The notes under the pieces are model-generated. The model had not been told where the DNA came from and searched no databases. It was given only the letters and a program-made list of their open reading frames with translations. A DNA stretch of 64,000 nt from Haliotis rufescens (Eukaryota), in contig NW_025964361.1 of assembly GCF_023055435.1 (NCBI RefSeq), positions 25,482,001 to 25,546,000 on the forward strand, in the 5' to 3' direction. Positions 51,693 to 64,000 of this stretch are shown here, piece by piece. The position numbers and the translations under genes were made by a program. Position 1 is the first letter of the stretch, and the number at the start of each line of letters is the position of its first letter.

Positions 51693-52131
51693 TTATCCCC
51701 CGTCGCTTGTTTTTGAGGAGGCGGGGGCATTAAAATGGACTAACAAAATAAATTAGAATGTGTCCGTGCAAAGGTTGTTTGCGGAGCAGATCTTGGAAAC
51801 CGTACAATATTCTTTCACCAACCTTTGTACATAGATAGGTCTAGTGGTGAACTAGTACCTTTTAATAGTTCAGGATTTTTTATGAAATGTTTTTTGAGTT
51901 TCCATGGCAACAGCTTTGATGTAGGCTGGAAATTGCGGTAGTGCTCATTAACAGAGCAGATCTTGAAAAACGTACAAAATTTCTTCACCAAATTTGGTAC
52001 ATAGATAGGTCTATGGGTGAACTGGTGCCTTTTGATAAATTAGGATTTTTAAATACAATATTTTTCAAGTTTCCGTGGCAACAAAATATATTTACCATTG
52101 CAGGGGATATTGATGACTTTGTCTTCTTGTT
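51693..52131 (+). mobile_element. HINE-like element with two internal repeats
   Basis: ttatcccccg...gcggggg start; caggggatat...cttgtt end. Confidence 0.6.
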
Positions 52132-52665
52132 AAGTGTACATTGACTGACAGGGGAAGGTATTTAGTAAAGTCAGATAAATTGGTGTTGTTTTCATTCAAC
52201 ACTGAGTTCATTTCTGTCATTATTTACCCTCTTATTGCCAACCTACCAATGGCTTGTTCACTCACCATGGCCCTGACAATGCCCTGACGATGCGCTGATG
52301 ATGGGGATTGTTTCTCTGGTTTTAACTGCAGTTTTTTTGTCCCCACTCTCAGCTACGTACATACCTCTTTGATCTATGCTGGGAAATACTGTTCAAATAG
52401 CATTATACCATAATCACCATGCTCACTCCCTCACTCCCTCTCCAACAGGAGCTTGACTCACTCACTCATGGATCACTCCCTCACTCACTCGCTCAGTGTC
52501 AGTGTATATTTTTTCTATACATCTAGAAGACTTTTAGCCCAACTTGCTAAATGTGTTCATATAAAATTGCCAGTATTATGTTGTTGATCCTTTATACTTT
52601 TTTTTTCATTTTATGGCAAAATATATATTTGGGGGATTTCAATGTGAGAAATACAGAACTGAAAT

Positions 52666-52929
52666 GGTGATGGTTTGTTGTTTACCGCCACACACCGCAA
52701 TATTCCAGCTATATGAAGGTGGTCTGAAGGTAACCGAGTCTGGACCAGTCAATTCAGTGATTGACATCATGAGCATCGATCCACACATTTGGGATATGAT
52801 GACATGCTTCAACCAAGTCAGCAAGCCTGACCACCCGATCCTGTTAGTCGCCTCTTACGACAGGCATAGTCGTCTTTTACGGCAAGCATGGGTTTCTGAA
52901 GACCTATTCTACCCCGGATCTTCACGGAT
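52666..52929 (-). mobile_element. SINE-like family A
   Basis: TSD cagaactgaaatg. Further decayed copies at ~40465-40675, ~50895-51060 and ~62056-62240. Confidence 0.85.
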
Positions 52930-53035
52930 CAGAACTGAAATGAGCTATATGATAATGTTAATGAGGTTTTGCAACTGTTTCATGGCAATGGTTACTTAGT
53001 ACCCTCCAATTGTTTCATCTGCTCCTCTAGGACAG

Positions 53036-53191
53036 GGGGCAGTCGGGTAGCCTAGTGGTTAAATCGTTCACTCGTCACGCCGAAGGCCCGGGGTACATGG
53101 GTACAATGTGTGAAGCCCATTTCTGGTGTCCCCCGACGTGATATTGCTGGAATATTGCTAAAAGCGGCGTAAAACCATACTCACTCACTCA
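53036..53191 (+). mobile_element. tRNA-derived SINE family B
   Basis: TSD ctcctct(a/g)ggacag; (ACTC)n tail. Confidence 0.85.
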
Positions 53192-53214
53192 CTCCTCTGG
53201 GACAGAATATTTTA

Positions 53215-53603
53215 TTGGGTTGAAACGATACAAGGTCATGATATGATATTTAACTTCTTGAATATATATATCTCAGAGCATGTTTCTGAATCCTCATGCA
53301 TCTGTTTGATTGGCATTCCAAGAGTTGGTGAGTAAATAAGTAAACATGCAACTTGATGGACAACAACTTGTGGTTTATTGTATTTAGCAAAAAATACACA
53401 AACCAGAGGTTGTTATCCATAAAGTTGTGTGTTTTCTTATCGTCATGCATCATTGTACGACAGGTTCTCCCTCACTGTTATGAAAACAAGCTACATCGTT
53501 CATTTCAGCAAGTGTATCGTCTTGTATCGATACAGAATTTGTTTTGTGTATCGTATTAAGGGCATGAAACCTCGCGATGCACCAAAGTATCGTTTCACCC
53601 CCA
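53215..53603. mobile_element. hAT-like MITE
   Basis: TIR ttgggttgaaacgatac / gtatcgtttcacccccaa; A/T-rich flanks consistent with an 8-bp TSD. Confidence 0.65.
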
Positions 53604-54769
53604 ATATTTTATCAGACACTGCTTCAAAACAATCTGCTTCCCCCACTCCCCCCTCCCCCCTCCCTGTCTCCAATATTATTTGGCTGGTTCCTTAGTGTGG
53701 AATGGAATCACCTGTTCACATTTCTATAGATTATGGCCAATTATTTCCTCAATGGAACAGTTAAAACATCCCTGCAATTAGATCCAGCAGGCGAGGCTGA
53801 GCGTGGCGAAGCTGAGCGTGGCCAAGACAACTCTCTGGAAACTTTGTCCTTTTGTAAATACAATCCGGCGTTACTATGAATGACATATTATATATTTCTG
53901 ATAAAAATGTGGTTTATAAAAGTAGAGATAATAAATCTGAAAAAAATGTTTCAGTTCAGCAACAGATTGCGGACAGCAGAGCGCCTGATAACTACCAAGC
54001 TTTCATGTAGAAAGTAGCAATTTACATAATGTGTTTGAACGTCTAGCCCAACCCCCAGAAGAGAAAACATCAGATGTTGATACTATGGATAGTGCGGGTA
54101 ATCATATTGGATTCAATAACGACAATCACAGCCCAATTGTATGCAAGGATACCCGTCACATGACTTGCACACCATATGGTAGGCGAGGTGACGATGTGCT
54201 TCAGCGACCGTAAACCCACATTTCTTCACAGCGTTGTACTTGATGCCGGGCAGGTGGCTTGGATCATAACTCCAGACTTCATCTCGTGTTTGGGTTTTTC
54301 AGTAATATGTATTCCTCGTATTAAACTGTTTAATTTGAAATTTACAAGGGAGGTGTCTGAGATGAGGTTGTGATACCTGTGTTAGGGGTGGGGGGATGGG
54401 GGCTCTCCGGGCTATTGTAGGGAGGCCTCGCCTGCAATCTGGTGTCTGTCGTGGTTTTCTATAGAGGACTGCATGTTTGTGGAGTATTGTGTGGTTCTTA
54501 GTCAGTGTTGCTTTGATGACAGTTTATGGTTTTGGTAGTCTGTGTTGACAGTAGTTGTATTAGTATGAAATAGTTTGTAAATTGTTGATCATTGATGTCC
54601 TGAGGGCATGGACCTAGTTTTGGGACACTGACATGAAAAATGGAGCAGACAGTTGTCATAGTACACATGTATTTAAATTTAGCTGTGTATGGGTGTCAAT
54701 TTAATGCAACTTTGCACAGGGGAAATATGTGCTTGAAGTAAGTTGTGTGTGTGTGTGTGTGTGTGTGTG

Positions 54770-57700
54770 CTACAACCAATGCTACATCCCTACAACCCAT
54801 GCTACATCCCTACAACCCATGCTACATCCCTACAACCCATGCTACAATCCTACAACCCATGCTACATCCCTACAACCCTTGCTACATCCCTACAACCCAT
54901 GCTACAACCCTACAACCCATGCTACATCCCTACAACCCATGCTACATCCCTACAACCCATGCTACAATCCTACAACCCATGCTACATCCCTACAACCCAT
55001 GCTACATCCCTACAACCCATGCTACATCCCTACAACCCATGCTACAACCCTACAACCCATGCTACATCCCTACAACCCATGCTACATCCCTACAACCCAT
55101 GCTACAATCCTACAACCCATGCTTCAACCCCACAACCCATGCTACAACCCTACAACCCATGCTATATCCCTACAACCCATGCTACATCCCTACAACCCAT
55201 GCTACATCCCTACAACCCATGCTACAATCCTACAACCCATGCTTCAACCCCACAACCCATGCTTCAACCCCACAACCCATGCTTCAACCCCACAACCCAT
55301 GCTACAACCCTACAACCCATGCTACATCCCTACAACACATGCTACATCCCTACAACCCATGCTACAACCCCACAACCCTACAACCAATGCTACAACCCTA
55401 CAACCCATGCTACAACCCCACAACCCATGCTACAACCCCACAACCCATGCTACAACCCTACAACCCATGCTACAACCCCACAACCCATGCTACAACCCCA
55501 CAACCCATGCTACAACCCCACAACCCTACAACCCATGCTACAATCCCACAACCCATGCTACAACCCCACAACCATACAACCCATGCTTCAACCCTACAAC
55601 CCATGCTACAACCCCACAACCCATGCTACAACCCCACAACCCATGCTACAACCTCACAACCCTACAACCCATGCTTCAACCCTACAACCCATGCTACAAC
55701 CCTACAACCCATGCTACAACCCCACAACCCATGCTACAACCCCACAACCCTACAACCCATGCTACAACCCTACAACCCATGCTACAATCCCACAACCCAT
55801 GCTTCAACCCTACAACCCATGCTACAACCCTAAAACCCATGCTACATCCCATGCTACAACCCTACAACCCATGCTACAATCCTACAACCCATGCTACAAC
55901 CCTACAACCCATGCTACAATCCCACAACCCTGCTTCAACCCTACAACCCATGCTACAACCCCACAACCCATGCTACAACCCTAAAACCCATGCTACAACC
56001 CCACAACCCATGCTTCAACCCCACAACCCATGCTACAACCCTACAACCCATGCTACAATCCTAAAACCCATGCTACAACCCTACAACCCATGCTACAATC
56101 CCACAACCCATGCTTCAACCCTACAACCCATGCTACAACCCCACAACCCATGCTACAACCCTAAAACCCATGCTACAACCCCACAACCCATGCTTCAACC
56201 CCACAACCAATGCTTCAACCCCACAACCCTACAACCCATGCTACAACCCTACAACCCATGCTACAACCCTATAACCCCACAACCCATGCTTCAACCCTAC
56301 AACCCTACAACCCATGCTACAACCCTACAACCCATGCTTCAACCCCACAACCCATGCTTCAACCCCACAACCCTACAACCCATGCTACAACTCTACAACC
56401 CTACAACCCATGCTACAACCCCACAACCCATGCTTCAACCCCACAACCCTACAACCCATGCTGCAACCCTACAACCCATGCTTCAACCCCACAACCCATG
56501 CTTCAACCCCACAACCCTACAACCCATGCTACAACTCTACAACCCTACAACCCATGCTACATCCCCACAACCCATGCTACAACCCAACAACCCTACAACC
56601 CTACAACCCATGCTACAACCCTACAACCCATGCTACAACCTCACAACCCATGCTACATCCCCACAACCCTACAACCCATGCTACAACACTAAAACCCATG
56701 CTACAACACTAAAACCCATGCTACAACCCATGCTACAACCCTACAACCCATGCTACAACCCCACAACCCATGCTACAACCCCACAACCCATGCTTCAACC
56801 CCACAACCCATGCTTCAACCCCACAACCCATGCTTCAACTCTACAACCCTACAACCCATGCTACAACCCATGCTACAACCCCACAACCCATGCTTCAACC
56901 CCACAACCCTACAACCCATGCTACAACCCTACAACCCATGCTTCAACCCCACAACCCTACAACCCATGCTACAACTCTACAACCCTACAACCCATGCTAC
57001 ATCCCCACAACCCATGCTTCAACCCCACAACCCTACAACCCATGCTACAACTCTACAACCCTACAACCCATGCTACATCCCCACAACCCATGCTACAACC
57101 CAACAACCCTACAACCCTACAACCCATGCTACAACGTCACAACCCATGCTACATCCCCACAACCCTACAACCCATGCTACAACACTAAAACCCATGCTAC
57201 AACACTAAAACCCATGCTACAACCCTACAACCCATGCTACAACCCTACAACCCATGCTACAACCCCACAACCCATGCTACATCCCCACAACCCTACAACC
57301 CATGCTACAACCCTAAAACCCATGCTACAACACTAAAACCCATGCTACAACCCTAAAACCCATGCTACAACACTAAAACCCATGCTACAACACTAAAACC
57401 CATGCTACAACCCTACAACCCATGCTACAACACTAAAACCCATGCAACAACCCTACAACCCATGCTACAACCCTACAACCCATGCTACAACACTAAAACC
57501 CATGCTACAACCCTACAACCCATGCTACAACCCTAAAACCCATGCTACAACACTAAAACCCATGCTACAACCCTACAACTCATGCTACAACCCATGCTAC
57601 AACCCTACAACCCATGCTACATCCCCACAACCCATGCTACAACCCATGCTACAACCCTACAACCCTACAACCCATGCTACAACCCTACAACCCATGCTAC

Positions 57701-57818
57701 AACCCTACAACCCATGCTACAACCCTACAACCCATGCTACAACCCTACAACCCATGCTACAACACTAAAACCCATGCTACAACCCTACAACCCATGCTAC
57801 AACCCTACAACCAATGCT
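54770..57818. repeat. ~3-kb 20-bp-period minisatellite (ccctacaacccatgctacat and variants), preceded by (GT)n
   Basis: Direct inspection; source of all ORFs at 54729-57931. Confidence 0.95.
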
Positions 57819-58307
57819 TGTTGTTCAAGGCGCCTACATGGAGCAGGTGGTCACTCAGTGACTTGCCTGAACGTGTGTCATCCTACCCTGTCCATGTGAG
57901 ACATCACTGGTGTGACATGAAATATAACTGAAAAATTGCTGTCTTGAAATATTTTGCTCAAACCACCCAATACATACACAGGATATCCATCAGGTTCACA
58001 CTTTTAGCGTACAATGAACTTGTTTACATTGCTTTTCCAAATTATAAAACTTTCCTTCTTGGAAACAGTGCAAGGTTAAGGTCATTGTGAGATTGGGCAA
58101 TAAAGACATGTCGTGTGTGCACAGACTCTGTAATGAGACAAGCGTCACGAGTTGACTCTACTTAATGCAGTGACACATCTTGACCCTCCATGCAGGAGGT
58201 ATTGGGATGACGCAAGCACTGTAGGGAACTGAACTGGACCAGACCAGACCGGACTGAGGGAACTGACTGTAGGTTTGACCTAGTACTGTTGGTATTTTCT
58301 CAAAGGG

Positions 58308-60287
58308 GCTGGTGACAAACAAGTCAGATCTGTAGGATAAGGTAGGGAATATTCTCAGAGTAGCTGGTGAGAAACAAGTCAGATATGTAGGATAAGGTAG
58401 CGAATATTTTCGGAGTCTCTGGTGAGAAACAAGTCAGATTTGTAGACGGGGAGAAACAAGTCAGGTCTGTAGGAAAAGGTTGGGAATATTCTCAGAGTAG
58501 CTGGTGAGAAACAAGTCAGATCTGTAGGATAAGGTAACGAATATTTTCGGAGTAGCTGGTGAGAAACAAGTCAGATTTGTAGACGGGGAGAAACAAGTCA
58601 GGTCTGTAGGAAAAGGTTGGGAATATTCTCAGAGTAGCTGGTGAGAAACAAGTCAGATCTTTAGGATAAGGTAGGGAATATTCTCAGTTTAGCCAGTGAG
58701 AAACAAGTCAGATCTGTAGCCGGTGAGAAATAAGTCAGATCTGTAGGAAAAGGTTGGGAATATTCTCAGAGTAGCTGGTGAAAAACAAGTCAAATCTGTA
58801 GGATAAGATAGGGAATATTCTCAGAGTAGCTGGTGAGAAACAAGTCAGATCTGTAGGATAAAGTAGCGAATATTTTCGGAGTCTCTGGTGAGAAACAAGT
58901 CAGATTTGTAGACGGGGAGAAACAAGTCAGGTCTGTAAGGTAAGGTAGGGAATATTATCACAGTTTACCAGTGAGAAAAAAGTCAGATCTGTAGGATAAG
59001 GTAGAGAATATTCTCAGTTTAGCCAGTGAAAAACAAGTCAGATCTGAAGCCGGTGAGAAATAAGTCAGATCTGTAGGATAAGGTAGGGAATATTCTCAGA
59101 GTAGCTGGTGAGAAACAAGTCAGATCCGAATGATAAGATAGGAAATATTCTCAGAGTAACCGGTGAGAAACAAGTCAGATCTGTAGGATAAGGTATCCAA
59201 TATTTTCGGAGTCTCTGGTGAGAAACAAGTCAGATTTGTAGACGGGGAGAAACAAGTCAGGTCTGTAAGGTAAGGTTGGGAATATTATCACAGTTTACCA
59301 GTGAGAAAAAAGTCAGATCTGTAGGATAAGGTAGGGAATATTCTCAGTTTAGCCAGTGAAAAACAAGTCAGATCTGTAGCCGGTGAGAAATAAGTCAGAT
59401 CTGAATGATAAGGTAGGGAATATTCTCAGAGTAACCGGTGAGAAACAAGTCAGATCTGAATGATAAGGTAGGGAATATTCTCAGTTTAGCCAGTGAAAAA
59501 CAAGTCAGATCTGTAGCCGGTGAGAAATAAGTCAGATCTGTAGGATAAGGTAGGGAATATTCTCAGAGTAGCTGGTGAGAAACAAGTCAGATCTGAATGA
59601 TAAGATAGGAAATATTCTCAGAGTAGCTGGTGAGAAACAAGTCAGATCTGAATGATAAGGTAGGGAATATTCTCAGAGTAACCGGTGAGAAACAAGTCAG
59701 ATCTGAATGATAAGGTAGGGAATATTCTCAGAGTAACCGGTGAGAAACAAGTCAGATCTGAATGATAAGGTAGGGAATATTCTCAGAGTATCTGGTGAGA
59801 AACAAGTCAGATCTGAATGATAAGGTAGGGAATATTCTCAGAGTAGCTGGTGAGAAACAAGTCAGATCTGAATGATAAGGTAGGGAATATTCTCAGAGTA
59901 GCTGGTGAGAAACAAGTCAGATCTGAATGATAAGGTAGGGAATATTCTCAGAGTATGTGGTGAGAAACAAGCCAGATCTGAATGATAAGGTAGGGAATAT
60001 TCTCAGAGTATCTGGTGAGAAACAAGCCAGATCTGTAGGATAAGGTAGGGAATATTCTCAGAGTAGCTGGTGAGAAACAAGCCAGATCTGTAGGATAAGG
60101 TAGGGAATATTCTCAGAGTAGCTGGTGAGAAACAAGCCAGATCTGTAGGATAAGGTAGGGAATATTCTCAGAGTAACCGGTGAGAAACAAGTCAGATCTG
60201 AATGATAAGGTAGGGAATATTCTCAGAGTAACCGGTGAGAAACAAGCCAGATCTGAATGATAAGGTAGGGAATATTCTCAGAGTAGC
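58308..60287. repeat. 55-bp minisatellite with interspersed ~27-bp half-units and higher-order structure
   Basis: Unit ctggtgagaaacaagtcagatctgaatgataaggtagggaatattctcagagtag. Confidence 0.95.
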
Positions 60288-61299
60288 CTTTCCCTGCACA
60301 GTTTGACAACTTCATTCTGTACAGGAGGCTAGTCGCAAATAGTTTCGCTATTTTAATCACAGGAATTAGTTTCTAATTTCTGAAGTTCATAATTTCAATT
60401 CGACCCGTCACTTATGTAAATTTTGCCAACAAAATGAAAATATGCATGAGTTTGAAAAACGCAATATACAGGTAGTTTCCAAACGTATTGTGATATGTAT
60501 TCATTAGTATTTCAAACTATTGTATACTGATAATACCGTGCACCTCTAGTAGGGTGAGGTGAGGTTTCATGTTGCATTTATATAGTGACGTGAATGCATT
60601 CATGTGAGTCGCTGGCCATATTAGTCTAGATTTATGCTGCTTTTATAGTTCTAGACAACTGAGATTCCAGTCCTATCCCATTTATGCCAATTGGCAGACA
60701 GGGCAGCAACAAGTACCATCTTTTAACATTTTGTGATATGCCGTGGCCAGGGGATCAAACCACCGACCTTCCGCTCTTCAATTACATGATGGCAGGTGTC
60801 TGTATTTGTTTATGGGTTATACTACTCTTACTTTGATGTATTTGATTGCAAGATAATGATTATTATACATGTACTGACAGAGCTACTTGTTTGTACCTAA
60901 CAGTGATGGTTTTATGTCACGAAGGCCCAAACATTTGGCTAGTGTTCATGGCACAATACAGAAATAAAGGTCTTTCTCCTGTAATCATTTCACTGCACTT
61001 GCTTAGAGGAACATTAAGGGGGAAATAGAATCAGTTCAGTTGTCTCTTTTGATTCAAACTTTTTGCTGTATCATTAAAGAGATGATAATTCATTTTCTGA
61101 TAAAGCCGTGTTTGATGAGATGTGGAATGACGGGACGCACGAGCGGGTTGTTTTGAATAAAGTTCCATGCAAAGATGATTTTCCAGTGAAGGCTGAACGG
61201 TGGAGAGAGTTGGACAATGATGTGTCGTTATGGTTACTGATGTGTGAACTGTAGCACCTGCTGGTGACGCTGGTCAGAGGTGAGGATGGCACAAGGAAG

Positions 61300-61921
61300 T
61301 GGTGGGGCATGGACGTGAGGCGGTGGGGTTGACACCAAGAGTTGGGTTGGCATGGACTGAGGTTGGGTGGGGGGTGGACCTGAGGGGGTGGCTTGATTGC
61401 ATGAGATAGTGTGGCATGGACTGAGGTTGGGTGGGGCATGGACGTGAGGGGGGTGGGGTTGACACCAAGAGTTGGGTTGGCATTGATTGAGGTTGGGTGG
61501 GGCATGGACGTGAGGGGGGTGGGGTTGACACCAAGAGTTGGGTTGGCATGGACTGAGGTTGGGTGGGGCATGGACGTGAGGGGGGTGGGGTTGACACCAA
61601 GAGTTGGGTTGGCATGGACTGTGGTTGGGTGGGGCATGGACGTGAGGGGGGTGGGGTTGACAACAAGAGTTGGGTTGGCATGGACTGAGGTTGGGTGGGG
61701 GGGTGGACGTGAGGGGGGTGGCTTGATTGCATGAGATAGTGTGGCATGGACTGAGGTTGGGTGGGGCATGGACGTGAGGGGGTGGGGTTGACACCAAGAG
61801 TTGGGTTGGCATTGATTGAGGTTGGGTGGGGCATGGACGTGAGGGGGTGGGGTTGACACCAAGAGTTGGGTTGGCATTGATTGAGGTTGGGTGGGGCATG
61901 GACGTGAGGGGGTAGGGTTGA
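61300..61921. repeat. G-rich ~66-bp minisatellite
   Basis: Unit gggtggggcatggacgtgaggggggtggggttgacaccaagagttgggttggcatggactgaggtt. Confidence 0.9.
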
Positions 61922-62599
61922 ACATTAGTTAAAGATATTGGTCCCTAATGTTCCATTTTCAAGATACAGGATGTCCTGTTATTGAATACTGAAGCTAAAA
62001 GCCTTGATTTCTGTGACTGGAATGGTGGCCATCTTCAGGCTCCATTAATTGGCCCTGTTTGTTTGTTTGTTGTTTAATGCCACACCAGGCATTGTTCTGG
62101 CTATTTGTCTGTGGTCTTTAGATAATCGAGTCTGGACCAAACAATCCAGTGATTGACATCATGAGCATCGATCTATGCAATTGGGATACAAAATACATCA
62201 ACCAAGGCAGAGATACCTTTTAAACACCTCTTATGACAAACATGTCAAGAGTAGACAAAATGGAGGTTAAATTGTACAATGTGATGTTTGCCTTCTTTCT
62301 TTTTTTGAAAAGAATTTAAATAAACATTTTAGAATTTTGGAATAGGATTTTTTGTCCAATTTCTTTTATTTATGACATGAATAAGACCTACTTGTTTTAA
62401 TTTTTTGGTCCCTGATAAGAAAGATAAAAAGGGATTGATGCCCAGTGACCCACTGATTGACAATGTCATATTTAAACCCTTCCCTTAATGTCTCTGTAGT
62501 GGGGCTCAACACTACCTAACAGTTTCCACCGTGCCACGCAGTGCTGTACAACAGGGCAACACAAGCTGCAAGCCCGCTCCTCGGGAGCCCAGTCTGGTG

Positions 62600-62645
62600 G
62601 CAGCTGATTGGCTGAACTGTGATGTCATGTTGGGAGTATAAATAC
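62600..62645 (+). promoter_or_regulatory. Candidate internal Pol II promoter
   Basis: ATTGG at 62607-62611, CRE/ATF-like TGATGTCA at 62620-62627 and TATAAAT at 62637-62643, in canonical order. Confidence 0.45.
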
Positions 62646-62996
62646 TGTGATATTTTTGTGTAGACCATGCGTTTGTTCAAGCAGAGAAACAGTCAAGCCT
62701 GTTAATAGCTTTTCTCTGTCCAGCTGACGTTCACACACACATTGTCAGTTGTAGAGGTGTAGAGAAGGCGGCATCTGAATAACTAGAGGATCTAGCCCTT
62801 GGCCTGAAATGTGTAAAACAAGATTCCACCTGTGGCATTAGTTCTAGCTGCAGGCTGTGGTACAGATTGCCAGAGTATCGTGCCAATCATTCCCAACTTG
62901 GAATGACACGGTGAAATTAGAAGTTGCGGAATTTTACAGTGTCATTTGGGTGTTTGTCAACCACCTCTTCCCTTCCGGATCTTCCATACAAGTTGA

Positions 62997-63038
62997 ATGT
63001 GTTTTGGGTCGAGAATCACGCGTTCCAAGTGGTATAAG
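62997..63038 (+). CDS. Candidate alternative first coding exon (MCFGSRITRSKWYK, phase 0)
   Basis: ATG at 62997, 14 codons, donor AAG|GTGAGA; downstream of the TATA box; same phase as Gab exon 1. Confidence 0.3.
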
Positions 63039-64000
63039 GTGAGATTAACATTTACGTAACATTTCTCCAAGACCCCCCTCCACTTACTCCCCCCCCAACC
63101 CCCAACTCTTGTTGATGCATTCCTACTTGGGGCGATTCGACTCCCAGATGTAGATGTGACTTGTTACAGAAATACAGTGTGTCTGTGTTACAGTGACCTT
63201 CATTTACTCATTGTGGTGTTGTGGTCATTATTGTAATTATGTCCACATCTGGGGCTTTGGGATATTATGGTCTTCATGTGTTTGTGAATTTACTGTTAAC
63301 AACAAACACACTTAGCATGCTTAGTTCAGCGTTATGGTTGTGACATGCAGACTAAGTAAGAAGTTGTAATTTCCCATATAGTTTTTTCAATGAATTAATA
63401 TTTATATAATGATATATGAAATTAGTTTTTGTTTATGACAAGTTTTGCAAAATCATGAAAGATAGTTTAAAACTTTATTAACAATTGTGAGATAATTTTA
63501 GAAATAATGTGACAGTGCGAAATAGTTCGTTTCCCAACGAGTACGATGCTGTTGATCTTATGCAGCTGGTCTAGAAATAGATCGTAAAGAAGATGTGGAA
63601 TGCTAGAAATCTCAGTTGAGATTTGAAAAAATACTCTTAGTCAACATTTGTTTGTTAAATTCAGAAAAATAGAATGTATTATATCCATAATGAAATGAAA
63701 AGATTGTTATGACCTTGTGGTAGTAATTAGGCGAGTTCTAAGTACTGAGGTAAGGAGAAAGACTATACAACAATGACGAAGGTTACTAATTTCACATGTC
63801 TCTATTGCTTAATTAAGGAAATACTTGAGTTGTTAAAACTCAAAATCCTTTTCCCCTTGGAATTGTCAAGACTCTGTCAAGTATAACATGTCAACAGAAA
63901 GTGCTGCAGGATTTGGGGGGTTTAACCGTTGCAGGGTAAAGACATGGCCATTCCCTTTCACAAACATGTTGTCTCAGTCCTTCAGACATATCCTGTTGTT

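Noticed and set aside
54729-57931. 819-aa and other mucin/extensin-like ORFs
   Set aside because: All three frames give the same peptide motifs from a stop-poor 20-bp repeat; no credible start or splice context.
61074-61925. Pro-rich ORFs
   Set aside because: Translation of the G-rich VNTR in several frames.

Overview
Eukaryotic, repeat-rich invertebrate DNA. The SINE, MITE and HINE repertoire looks molluscan, possibly a gastropod such as abalone; this is an inference. There are two assembly gaps. Two divergently oriented genes are supported. (1) A calpain-15/SOL gene on the - strand: one large exon with six RanBP2/NZF zinc fingers (4452-5822) and three protease-core exons (2506-2714, 2000-2183, 1525-1669) carrying the catalytic QGILGNCW motif; the gene runs off the left edge. 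(2) The first coding exon of a Gab/Dos PH-domain adaptor on the + strand (18775-18876; too short for the ORF track), followed by a presumed intron of >45 kb. Near its far end lies a candidate internal TATA/CCAAT promoter with a phase-matched alternative first exon (62.6-63.04 kb). The most unusual feature is a 60/61-bp tandem array (1-1560) made of the last ~30 nt of a calpain-15 exon plus its 5' splice site, so that most units read as AG|30-nt frame-preserving microexon|GT. The rest is four SINE-like families, several MITE families (two with 5-bp TSDs), Helentron-type elements with internal satellites, decayed Tc1, hAT, CR1-like and Penelope-like fragments, an interstitial (TTAGGG)5 junction, and several minisatellites, two of which appear to have grown out of SINE copies. 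Most long ORFs in the supplied track are repeat artefacts.
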